Assembly (NCBI GenBank): GCA_016927185.1
Contig: JAFGND010000057.1
Span: 57,388-77,387, forward strand
Direction of reading: 5' to 3'
Length of the DNA: 20,000 nt
DNA from: Candidatus Coatesbacteria bacterium
GTDB lineage: Bacteria > JAFGND01
Shown: positions 1-8,607 of the stretch, one piece after another
Layout: each line of letters begins with the position of its first letter
Position numbering within the stretch: the first letter of the stretch is position 1
The notes under the pieces: model-generated
Databases searched by the model: none
What the model was told of the DNA's origin: nothing
What the model saw: the letters and a program-made list of their open reading frames with translations, nothing else
Position numbers and translations under genes: made by a program

Positions 1-558
1 ACTTCGAAGATGAGGTCCTCTGCACAAATCAACAAATCCGTTTTGCTTGTAGAAGGAAAAAGTATCACTTTCAAGATCATCAATCAGCTCCTTCTTGTAG
101 AATTCATTGTTACTTTCGACAAATTCTATAGCTTTTTTCCTCTCTAAAACAAAACGCTCTATTATCAAATCATCCTTTATTATCTTGCTACATTGTTTCT
201 CTATCTTCTTCAGATCTTCTTCTGTAAAGGGGGTATCCCTGTCAAAGTCATAGTAAAATCCTTCCTTGATTGAGGGACCTATTGCGAGTTTTGTTTCCGG
301 GAAGAGCTGCTTGACAGCCTGAGCAAGGATATGAGAAGAAGTATGCCAGTAGATTGACTTACCTATCTCATCCTCGAATAATATGGGCTTCACAATTCCA
401 TCATTTTCAGGAATAAAGGAAAGATCAACTGGAATGTCATTGAAATAGGCAGCCAGTACTTTATCCAGATCCTTGAACTCCATATCTTTCATTATCTGAT
501 AAACGGACTTTTCCCTATCAACAAAATCCACTGTTTTGTCATTTATTTCGATTTTCAT
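1..558 (-). CDS. thrS: Threonyl-tRNA synthetase, N-terminal part (continues beyond window start)
   Basis: Not in the ORF track; translated by hand from ATG at 558: MKIEINDKTVDF...IYWHTSSHILAQAVKQLFPETKLAIGPSIKEGFYYDFD...FVDLCRGPHLRS. These are the ThrRS editing-domain motifs (HSxAH-like, GFYYDF, DLCRGPH). The frame is open to position 1. Confidence 0.97.
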   Translation of the reverse strand, partial: MKIEINDKTVDFVDREKSVYQIMKDMEFKDLDKVLAAYFNDIPVDLSFIPENDGIVKPILFEDEIGKSIYWHTSSHILAQAVKQLFPETKLAIGPSIKEGFYYDFDRDTPFTEEDLKKIEKQCSKIIKDDLIIERFVLERKKAIEFVESNNEFYKKELIDDLESDTFSFYKQNGFVDLCRGPHLRS

Positions 559-588
559 TGTATTTCTCGCTTTGATTTACTTGAAGCC

Positions 589-617
589 AAACCTTAATAT
601 TTAATGCTTTTGTCAAT
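589..617 (-). promoter_or_regulatory. Putative thrS promoter: TTGACA -35 box within ATTGACAAA-N14-AGGTTT
   Basis: Perfect TTGACA on the - strand at 616-611, 52 nt upstream of the thrS ATG; no TATAAT at 17-nt spacing. Confidence 0.5.
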
Positions 618-720
618 AGAAAATGCATATTCATAAAGGTAAAGCAAATTCCATCGGCTTATTCAAGCATCATTTTCAGTATATTATTTAAAAAGCATTT
701 GCATTTAAGGCTTGAAATCG

Positions 721-749
721 ATTGACAAATAAACACTAAATGGAGGTTT
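721..749 (+). promoter_or_regulatory. Putative promoter and/or RBS for the AsnB-like gene (ATTGACAAA-N14-AGGTTT, containing GGAGGT)
   Basis: TTGACA at 722-727; GGAGGT at 742-747, 9 nt before ATG 757. Confidence 0.45.
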
Positions 750-756
750 TGGGATT

Positions 757-2481
757 ATGAATTCATATGAGAATACGTTTGGAATAGTAGGATATTTCAC
801 TCCTCCAAGTATCAAGGCAGAAGATTCTGAAAACAGGCATTTCCTGGCATACAGGTTGCCTTCAAACACCATTAGAAGTGATACAGGTTTGCTGTCAGGC
901 TTCAATGGGCAGAAGGTTGCAGTAGATGGTTATGCTTCACCAGGTTTTTATCATAAGATTAATTTACTGATTACTGACAAAAATCTTAAATCAAGTGAAG
1001 TGGGAACCAAACTTCTGGAATTGATATCAGAAGAAGATTATTCATTATCCCTGGCATACATCTCTCCACATGATAATAATTTCCTTATTGCTGCTGATAG
1101 AACAGGCTCACAATCACTTTATTACAGCACTCCAATATCACAGAAAATATTCTTCGGGACAGATATAAGGTTAATTCTATATCACAACAAGAATTTGCTT
1201 AAGATTGATCAAGCATCAGTCTTGACAAGACTCTTGATAGGCTACCCATTATTGGATGATACATTATTTCAAAATATCAAGCAGCTTGAACCTGGTGAGT
1301 ATATATGGCATCAAGGGAATAGACTATTGAGGGGATTTCACTGGAAACCGATTAAAAAGACTGCATTGAATGATGAAGAAGTGATTCCTGAGGCAAAGAA
1401 GGTATTAAAGCAGATATTCTCTTTCCTGACAAATGAGGAAGATTATGTATTAACCTTAAGTGGAGGTTCAGATAGCAGATTTTTGCTTGCAGCAATGATT
1501 TTCTCTGGTTATAATCCAGCAATATGCAGTTTTGGTCGCAAGAGCTCCCTGGCAATATCCATTTCCGAAGAGATTGCTAATAAATTCAAACTTGAATACC
1601 AGAAAATAATCCTGAATAAGAAATTTCTTTCTGATTTGGCTGAAAATGCAGTCGAAATATCCTCCTTGTCAATGGGGATGCTTAACTGGAATTATGCACA
1701 TGCCCTGGGAGTATTGAAATCAATCACTCCATTTAGTAAACTCTTGATCAGTGGCTCATGGGCATGGGATACGAGGGGGAAATGGGAAAAAGGTTTTTCT
1801 TTCATGGAGAAGGATGGGAAACATTGGCAATTAGAAGATTTCTGCAGCTTTGATGACTGGAAGGATTTAATAGCTACTGATTTTATTGAAGAATCAAAAG
1901 AGAAAATAAACAGATCCCTGCAAAGAGCAGAAGAGAGATATAAAAGCATTGAATCTTCAGAAAGGGCAAAAGTATTTGCAGCTAACCATAAAAACATGAA
2001 AAGAATGGGACCTTTGACTTATACAATATCAGCTTTTGTTCAACCTTTCTATCCTTTGCACTCGAAAAGCTGGATTGAGTTTTCGTTATCCCTGCCTGAT
2101 GCTTACAATAGAAACGAGAAACTCATTTGGGATTTCATAAAAGAATCGATCCCTGATTTGATGGAATTTGAAAGAGATTACAGAGGAATTTCCATAAGTT
2201 CTGGCTATAATCCAATTTCATGGTTGACTCATTCCATAGCTTTAAAAATAGGTGTGGGTGAAAAACCTAAGCTTCCAACTGATTATGGTAAATGGACAGG
2301 AAAATACTTGAGATTATCGATGAAGGAAATATGGAATAATATCGGTCCAGGTTATGGCTGGATACTCAATAAGGAATTTATTAATAAAGTTCTGGACAAA
2401 GAAGAGATGTGTTTGAAATATAGCAAGCAACTAAACAGGATTTTTTCTTTGTTAAGTTTTTTGCAAAATATCTCATCTTGA
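757..2481 (+). CDS. Asparagine synthetase-like protein (degenerate class II glutamine amidotransferase domain plus Asn-synthase ATP-pyrophosphatase domain)
   Basis: TFGIVG (cf. MCGIAG), AADRTGSQSLYY (cf. ARDRxGxKPLYY), TLFQNIKQLEPGE, PP-loop LSGGSDSR, PFYPLHSKSWIEFSLSLP (cf. PFLD...LP). Confidence 0.85.
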   Translation: MNSYENTFGIVGYFTPPSIKAEDSENRHFLAYRLPSNTIRSDTGLLSGFNGQKVAVDGYASPGFYHKINLLITDKNLKSSEVGTKLLELISEEDYSLSLAYISPHDNNFLIAADRTGSQSLYYSTPISQKIFFGTDIRLILYHNKNLLKIDQASVLTRLLIGYPLLDDTLFQNIKQLEPGEYIWHQGNRLLRGFHWKPIKKTALNDEEVIPEAKKVLKQIFSFLTNEEDYVLTLSGGSDSRFLLAAMIFSGYNPAICSFGRKSSLAISISEEIANKFKLEYQKIILNKKFLSDLAENAVEISSLSMGMLNWNYAHALGVLKSITPFSKLLISGSWAWDTRGKWEKGFSFMEKDGKHWQLEDFCSFDDWKDLIATDFIEESKEKINRSLQRAEERYKSIESSERAKVFAANHKNMKRMGPLTYTISAFVQPFYPLHSKSWIEFSLSLPDAYNRNEKLIWDFIKESIPDLMEFERDYRGISISSGYNPISWLTHSIALKIGVGEKPKLPTDYGKWTGKYLRLSMKEIWNNIGPGYGWILNKEFINKVLDKEEMCLKYSKQLNRIFSLLSFLQNISS

Positions 2482-2559
2482 ACAGGATGAAAAGGATTTT
2501 TCTCCGTATATATTTATGGAGATGATTTATAAACAAAATTAAGAATAATAGGAGGAAAA

Positions 2560-3228
2560 ATGAAAAAATTGTTAGTAACAATCATTGCATCGGTCTTTGT
2601 ATTCTGCATAACTGCCCCGGCAATTGCTGGAGACGTTCAGGTAAAACTCTCGGATCTGGACAAATCTCTTGAATCTCTGGAGAAAACGAAATACAACATT
2701 TTCTTGACTGCAAAAGATGTAAAGGATATGATCAAGAAGGATAAGAAACTGGAGGGAATTATAAAAGAAGGAACTCCAGTAGTATACAAATACACAAAGA
2801 ATGCCAAATATGACAATATCTTCAAGAAAACAGCAATTCTTTATGCTTCAATAGTCTGGGCAAAATACTTGATTAGTGAAGCAAACAAGGATATTGATGA
2901 ATATGAAAAGGATGGAAAAGGCTGGACAATGTTGAAAGAGCTTAAAACCAAGATGGCAAACATAAAGACAGTTCTTGACAATCAGATCAAGGAAGCTCCA
3001 CAAATAGTAACAAGTGTTCAAAGTCTGGTAAAATCACCACCATCACCAAATGATTTTTCAAAGAAAATAATGGGCAAATCAATTCCAGATCCAATAGCAT
3101 TCAAGGATGCCGGTTTGGGACTGAAAAAATCAGCAGAACTGTCTGTCAAGTCAGCAAATGACATACCTGGTGTTGCAAGTGATTTTGCAAAACTGGTAAC
3201 AAGATTTGCTTCCCTGAAAGGCGAATAA
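2560..3228 (+). CDS. Secreted hypothetical protein, predicted mostly helical
   Basis: AGGAGG RBS just upstream; Sec-type signal peptide MKKLLVTIIASVFVFCITAPAIA with A-x-A cleavage site; 222 aa; followed by a hairpin. Confidence 0.85.
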   Translation: MKKLLVTIIASVFVFCITAPAIAGDVQVKLSDLDKSLESLEKTKYNIFLTAKDVKDMIKKDKKLEGIIKEGTPVVYKYTKNAKYDNIFKKTAILYASIVWAKYLISEANKDIDEYEKDGKGWTMLKELKTKMANIKTVLDNQIKEAPQIVTSVQSLVKSPPSPNDFSKKIMGKSIPDPIAFKDAGLGLKKSAELSVKSANDIPGVASDFAKLVTRFASLKGE

Positions 3229-3237
3229 GCTTTTTGA

Positions 3238-3265
3238 AAGCCTTGAGGTAAGAAACTCAAGGCTT
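3238..3265. terminator. Hairpin between convergent genes, probable bidirectional intrinsic terminator
   Basis: AAGCCTTGAG (3238-3247), 8-nt loop, CTCAAGGCTT (3256-3265): a perfect 10-bp stem; U-tracts are short on both strands. Confidence 0.7.
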
Positions 3266-5168
3266 ATTTCCATTTATCTTTGGTTTTTTCAATAAGATCA
3301 TCTATCTTCTCAATCAGCATAATTGAGTTTTGATCCCATTCATATATTCTTCTTTCTTTTGTCCTTTTCCTGAAGTCCTTCTCAAATGCTATAAGTTTTT
3401 TCATATCCGATTGCTTTCCATTCTTATGTATTATTTCCAGTGCAGAAACAACTGTCTCCAGATCATCTTCCTTTAGAAGCAGCCACATTATTTCGTTGAC
3501 TTCACCTGAATTATCATCTCTGAAGTATTGGACAAGGACTCCGCGCAGTTCCCCTCTTGTTTCGCTGAGTGATTTAAGGAGTATATCTCTTGCTTTCCTG
3601 TATCTCCCCCTGGCCAGACAGAGAAGTAAATCCTCTTTCTCCTGTTTAGTTTCTGCTTTTTCAAGCCTATTTATGAAGATATCTCCTATCTCTTCATCAG
3701 CTTCAAACGATATCAAAGCCTTTTCAATATCCTTTACCTGTTTTTCTTCTGTTGCAATTTCATATTCTTTTATCAATATTCTTTTTCCAATATCTGATTT
3801 ATGAGCTGCCAGAACCTTATATATCTGGTTTTTCTGCATATTATCCATATTAGACCATTCCAGTGAAACAAGGCTGTCTATTGAAGGTTTCTGGTTTTTA
3901 AGCTCTGTAGTTATACTTTCAGAAAAAACCTTGTTTTTCAAACCTCTCAATGCAATTGAGATAGCTTCCAGAGAGTTTATTCCTGCCAGTGTAAGATATA
4001 TTTCTTCTCTTTCAGCTGGATTGATTGTTTCTTGAAGATGATTTGCCAGATAAGGGATTGCTTCCTCATCTTTCATTTCTCCCCATAATATGGCAGCTTT
4101 TAATGCTTCCTTACTATCATCATTGCACATTTTTCTGAAAAGAGGGATTGCTTCATAAGCCTCAAGTTTTGATAATGTCCCTAGAATGTCCATGAAATAC
4201 CGAGTTTCTCTCCAGTTTTGCCTCATGAGTATTGGAATTGATTTTCTATCCCTCATTTTCAATATGCAGGCAAGCAGGTTTTTAAGATATATTGCATCTG
4301 AACTGTCTGTTCTCTCAGCCGCTTTTTCTTCAAAAACGGAAAGAGAATCCAGTATTTCCCTTGATGCAATTTCCTTTATGGAAGTCAGATATAAAATAGC
4401 AGAACTGCTTTCCATATATTCACTATTTCTTAATGAACTCATTGCTTGAGTAAGGGCATCTGAAACTGCAATTTTTGCAAGTATCAAAAATACCAAGGAA
4501 TTATACTTCCTGTTCTCTTTTCGTAGTATTTCTATCAAGACAGGAGTCAAATCCTTGTTAACTACAACAACTGAATCTGATAAATGACTTAATGTGATGT
4601 CTGTAAAAAGGGAATCTTTCAAGGTTCCTTTCAAAAGAGAGTACTCAGTCTTCAGATTGTTCTTCATGAAACCTTTCAAGGCATCTCTTCTTAAATCGAC
4701 TGGATTATCCCGGTTTTTATAATAGCTTAATAAAACTGCTTTTGAAGATGGTGTTCCTTGAAAAGAAAGAGCTTCTAATGATTTTTTTGCAATACCTGGT
4801 TTTTCGTCTTTAGCAAGTATCTCCAACGAAGGAATAAATCTTGGGTCACGTAATGATTGAGCAAGTTCCGCAATTCCTTCTTTCAGATCCGAATCATTGC
4901 TTTGCGACCATTTGATTATATTTGAAAACATAACTTCTTGATGTTTTTTTATTAATGTGAAAATAAAAGGGGAAAGCCTTTTTTCTGCTTTAGAGAACAT
5001 TATAACTCTTATTTTCTGATAATCTTCGGAACTGTTTTCAGAAGTTTGCCCTAAGGTTATAAGTTTCTGATCATATGTTCCATTCAGGAGTGCTTGTTTT
5101 TTCAGATAATCAAGATAATAAGCAAGTGATAATATCACTAAGAAAACCAATGGGATAAAAATTAACAA
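3264..5168 (-). CDS. Membrane-anchored HEAT/PBS-lyase-like repeat protein
   Basis: N-terminal hydrophobic helix; repeated helical units such as LRDPRFIPSLEILAKDEKPGIAKKSLEAL, MRDRKSIPILM, LEAYEAIPLF, MKDEEAIPYLANHL; exact start uncertain (TTG). Confidence 0.75.
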   Translation of the reverse strand: MLIFIPLVFLVILSLAYYLDYLKKQALLNGTYDQKLITLGQTSENSSEDYQKIRVIMFSKAEKRLSPFIFTLIKKHQEVMFSNIIKWSQSNDSDLKEGIAELAQSLRDPRFIPSLEILAKDEKPGIAKKSLEALSFQGTPSSKAVLLSYYKNRDNPVDLRRDALKGFMKNNLKTEYSLLKGTLKDSLFTDITLSHLSDSVVVVNKDLTPVLIEILRKENRKYNSLVFLILAKIAVSDALTQAMSSLRNSEYMESSSAILYLTSIKEIASREILDSLSVFEEKAAERTDSSDAIYLKNLLACILKMRDRKSIPILMRQNWRETRYFMDILGTLSKLEAYEAIPLFRKMCNDDSKEALKAAILWGEMKDEEAIPYLANHLQETINPAEREEIYLTLAGINSLEAISIALRGLKNKVFSESITTELKNQKPSIDSLVSLEWSNMDNMQKNQIYKVLAAHKSDIGKRILIKEYEIATEEKQVKDIEKALISFEADEEIGDIFINRLEKAETKQEKEDLLLCLARGRYRKARDILLKSLSETRGELRGVLVQYFRDDNSGEVNEIMWLLLKEDDLETVVSALEIIHKNGKQSDMKKLIAFEKDFRKRTKERRIYEWDQNSIMLIEKIDDLIEKTKDKWK

Positions 5169-5264
5169 ATATTTTTTCTTAATAATACTCTGCCTTGTTA
5201 TTGATTACTGAAAAACATTGAGTAATAATTATAAACATGAATTGAAAACCTTATATCAGTCTGT

Positions 5265-5286
5265 CTGGCAGAGTAGTCTCTGCCAG
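5265..5286 (-). terminator. GC-rich stem-loop just downstream of the M42 cluster (terminator or mRNA-stabilising hairpin)
   Basis: CTGGCAGAG-TAGT-CTCTGCCAG, a perfect 9-bp stem 5 nt after the stop at 5292; no U-tract on the - strand. Confidence 0.55.
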
Positions 5287-5291
5287 GTGTT

Positions 5292-6302
5292 TTAAACAGG
5301 TAATTTCTCACTTTCGCAAATTACTTTAAGCAATTTTACGGTTGCTTCAACGTCTGCAATTGAACATATTTCAGAAGAAGAATGAACATGTCTTGTTGGA
5401 ACGCTTAAAGTAGAGGCAAGTATCCCCTTTTTGGTCAGATGGATAGCGAATGAATCAGTTGCCCCTCCAGTTAATACCTCTCTTTGATAAGGAATCTTGT
5501 GTTTCTCGGCAAGGCTTATTTCCCAGTCAACAATCTGTTTAGGGACGATTATTCCGGAGTCCATTATTTTTATTCCAGTTCCTTTTCCCATTGCACAGCT
5601 TACTGAACATTTGGTTTGATTTCCAGGTGCATCATCACTCCCTGTAACATCAAGAGCGATACCAAGATCAGGTTCAATGGCGAAAGCAGAAGTCTTTGCT
5701 CCTCTTACACCCACTTCTTCCTGGACAGTAAAAACATAGTATATATTATGTTTTGCCGCTTTAAGTCTTTCTGCAAGTAATATAAGGATGAGACAACCTA
5801 TTCTGTCATCAAGAGCCATTGAGCACAAATTCCCAAACTGCTCAAATGGTTCGGTATCCCAGACAAATCTGTCTCCAATTTTTATATGTTTTTCTGCTGC
5901 TTCCTTGTTTTTTGCACCAATATCTACATACAGGTTATCTATCTTAAGTTTTGGCAGACACTCTTCATTATCATAGCAAATCATTCCCTTTATTCCGTTC
6001 TTGAAAATCACTCGCTGGGTAACTTGATTATATGGATAATGACCTCCAACTGAATGAAAGCGCAGGTATCCTTTCTTGTCAATGTGGGTTACTATGAATC
6101 CTATCTGATCCATGTGAGCGGCAAGCATTATATTCCTGGCATTTTTCGAGTTGCTTTTCTTTACACATATCAGGTTTCCTAATACATCATTATAACACTT
6201 ATCTGCAAATGATTTCATAAGCTCTTTCAGATAATTGCTTATATTTTCTTCATCTCCTGAAGGCCCGAATTCCTTGAATATTTTAAGATACTTCTTTTCC
6301 AT
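5292..6302 (-). CDS. M42 family metallo-aminopeptidase (TET/FrvX-like), paralog 3
   Basis: AAHMDQIG, LDDRIG, QEEVGVRGA, ALDVT, GGATD, RHVHS: full dinuclear metal ligand set. Confidence 0.95.
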   Translation of the reverse strand: MEKKYLKIFKEFGPSGDEENISNYLKELMKSFADKCYNDVLGNLICVKKSNSKNARNIMLAAHMDQIGFIVTHIDKKGYLRFHSVGGHYPYNQVTQRVIFKNGIKGMICYDNEECLPKLKIDNLYVDIGAKNKEAAEKHIKIGDRFVWDTEPFEQFGNLCSMALDDRIGCLILILLAERLKAAKHNIYYVFTVQEEVGVRGAKTSAFAIEPDLGIALDVTGSDDAPGNQTKCSVSCAMGKGTGIKIMDSGIIVPKQIVDWEISLAEKHKIPYQREVLTGGATDSFAIHLTKKGILASTLSVPTRHVHSSSEICSIADVEATVKLLKVICESEKLPV

Positions 6303-6317
6303 TTCACTCTCCTAATT

Positions 6318-7343
6318 CTACTTTATTTTAAAAGATTCAGCTTTAACTACAACTGCAAGTGCCAAATCCCTCATAGCATTTAGATCCGGTATACTTATTA
6401 TGGCAACAGGTGAATGAATATATCTGCATGGAAGCGCTATATTCAAAGCAGGCAATCCTTCTTTTGATGTATAGATAGGTCCTGCATCTGTTCCTCCAAC
6501 TACTGATCTCTTGAATTGATAGGGAATCTTCTTTTCCTTTGCAATCGCCTGAACCCAATCAAGGATTTTTGTATTAGTTATTATATTTGAATCCATAATG
6601 GTTATTGCTGGTCCTTTTCCAATCTCTGTTGTCGGGGATAAATCATTTATAAAATCCCTGTCATTTGCTGTTGTACCTTCCAGATTCAAATTGAACTTCA
6701 ATCTTTCCTTGTTGAATACTGCAGTTTGTCCTCCTCTTGTACCCACTTCTTCCTGTGCACAAAAATGAGCATAGACAGATACAGGTAATTTCTTCTCTTT
6801 AAGAATTTCGCATAGAATTGCACAACCCACTCTGTCATCGAAAGCTTTTCCGAAAAGGTAATTGCCCTGCTGCCTTGCTTTGGTAGCAAAATAAACATAA
6901 TCACCAATAGAAACATTGCATGATGATTTATCTTTTGCTCCTATATCTATATTCAATCCCCTGATTGAAACCGGCATTTCTCTTTCCTCAGGTCGCATGA
7001 GATGAAGCGATTTTAGAACTACTGCACCAGGAAGCCTGTCTTTGCCTACCAGCACTTTCTTGGCTGGGATTACTTTTGGCAGAAAGCCACCAACCGAACT
7101 TACTCCTAGCAATCCATTATCATCAATCTTGTCAACAATCAAAGCTACTTCATCCATGTGAGCAGAAAGAAGAACCCTTATTTTATCATTGGTTCCTTTC
7201 TTGAATGCAATCAGGCTTCCCAGATGATCTATCTTCAGGGAATCTACATTATTCTTGATTTCCTTTATTATAAAGTCCCTTATTTCCTTCTCGTCTCCGG
7301 CTGCTCCGTAAGCATTTGAAAGCTTAATCAGTCTCTTTATCAT
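6318..7343 (-). CDS. M42 family metallo-aminopeptidase, paralog 2
   Basis: SAHMDEV, GKAFDDRVG, QEEVGTRGG, NLEGT (E in place of D), GGTDAG, RYIHSP. Confidence 0.95.
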   Translation of the reverse strand: MIKRLIKLSNAYGAAGDEKEIRDFIIKEIKNNVDSLKIDHLGSLIAFKKGTNDKIRVLLSAHMDEVALIVDKIDDNGLLGVSSVGGFLPKVIPAKKVLVGKDRLPGAVVLKSLHLMRPEEREMPVSIRGLNIDIGAKDKSSCNVSIGDYVYFATKARQQGNYLFGKAFDDRVGCAILCEILKEKKLPVSVYAHFCAQEEVGTRGGQTAVFNKERLKFNLNLEGTTANDRDFINDLSPTTEIGKGPAITIMDSNIITNTKILDWVQAIAKEKKIPYQFKRSVVGGTDAGPIYTSKEGLPALNIALPCRYIHSPVAIISIPDLNAMRDLALAVVVKAESFKIK

Positions 7344-8389
7344 TTGATAACCTCCTCACTGCAAGGGAACTCAATCAAGGCAGAAGCAATAGCTAATGCT
7401 CTTGCAGCATTGCTTATCTGAGTCAGGTTGACAAATTCTGTTGGTGTATGCATGTATTTCAATGGTATGTCAATCCCAAGCACAGGAATTCCACCATTTA
7501 TAATCTGCATCATATATGCATCAGTGCCTCCAGGATATGGAGCAAGACAATCTTGATAAGGAATGCTTTCGTCATCCATGATTTTTACGAATTGCTCTCT
7601 CAATTTCGGGCAAAAATTAGGTCCTTTATCCAATCCAAAGCCTGGATCATTAAACTTTATTGTATCTCTCTGATCTGCAATTGGGTCAGCAAAAGTAACA
7701 TCAAGGGCAGCCCCAAAATCTGCTTCAACTGAATAAGTTCCTACCTTGGCTCCTCGCAGACCTACTTCTTCCTGGACGCTGAACATTGCTATCACATCAT
7801 GCCTGTTTTTGATTATCTGCAGCCTGTCAAGCATTGCAATTAATGTAAGACAACCAGCTCTGTTGTCCATAGCCTGACCCATAGGATATTTATCAAACAG
7901 TATCTCAGTCTCGAAATCATAAGTTATTATATCTCCTGTTTGAACCTTATCTTTTAGCTCTTTTCTGGTATAGCCAGTGTCTATATATAATTCCTTCATA
8001 TTACCAATTTTGCCAGCTTCTCCCTCCCTTGCAATGTGAGGAGGCCTTAAACCGATAACACCATAGAGTTTCTCCTTGCCATGAATGATCACTGGAGTCC
8101 CTCCTAATGTTAATGGATTTATCCCTCCAAGGGAATGAAATTTTATAATTCCATTTTCTTCAATCTTGAGCACTATCATCCCTATCTGATCCATGTGAGC
8201 AGAAATCAGAAATCTTTTTTTATCTTTTGATTTCCCTTCTTTCAGGGCGAACAAGTTACCAAGTTTGTCAGTCCAGACTTTATCAGAAATTGGTTCCACA
8301 ATCTTCCTGATTATCTCTTTGATATTTTCTTCTCTGCCTGACACTCCATGGTTGTTTGTCAGTTTTAGTATAATTTCCTTTAAATCCAT
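7340..8389 (-). CDS. M42 family metallo-aminopeptidase, paralog 1
   Basis: SAHMDQIG, AMDNRAG, QEEVGLRGA, ALDVT, GGTDA, KYMHTP; AAGGAG RBS; 4-nt overlap with the next gene. Confidence 0.95.
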   Translation of the reverse strand: MDLKEIILKLTNNHGVSGREENIKEIIRKIVEPISDKVWTDKLGNLFALKEGKSKDKKRFLISAHMDQIGMIVLKIEENGIIKFHSLGGINPLTLGGTPVIIHGKEKLYGVIGLRPPHIAREGEAGKIGNMKELYIDTGYTRKELKDKVQTGDIITYDFETEILFDKYPMGQAMDNRAGCLTLIAMLDRLQIIKNRHDVIAMFSVQEEVGLRGAKVGTYSVEADFGAALDVTFADPIADQRDTIKFNDPGFGLDKGPNFCPKLREQFVKIMDDESIPYQDCLAPYPGGTDAYMMQIINGGIPVLGIDIPLKYMHTPTEFVNLTQISNAARALAIASALIEFPCSEEVIK

Positions 8390-8607
8390 ATAACTCCTTG
8401 TGATATTTTAAAGGTGCTTCATTTCTTGTCTGCTTCTTTGTCAAGAAAAAACTACCTGTTTTAGTTAGCTATTAAATAAGGAATAAGCAAGAATTCATAA
8501 ATGTCTATCCGCAAGACATGGTTTTTTTCCGATAATTCAATATCAATGTAAGAAGACATGTTTCTTGAATCTGCTGGCAATAATGATCGAATTCAGACAA
8601 TGAAATT

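Noticed and set aside
559..756. T-box riboswitch or other structured leader upstream of thrS
   Set aside because: No T-box consensus (AGGGTGGNACC), no terminator, and the likely leader is very short
757..3228. Lasso peptide biosynthetic cluster
   Set aside because: No transglutaminase-like B protein, RRE or precursor with a YxxPxL leader nearby; only the Asn-synthase fold is shared
8501..8551. 16-aa ORF MSIRKTWFFSDNSISM in the intergenic region
   Set aside because: No well-spaced SD, lies upstream of the putative promoter, and its length is expected by chance
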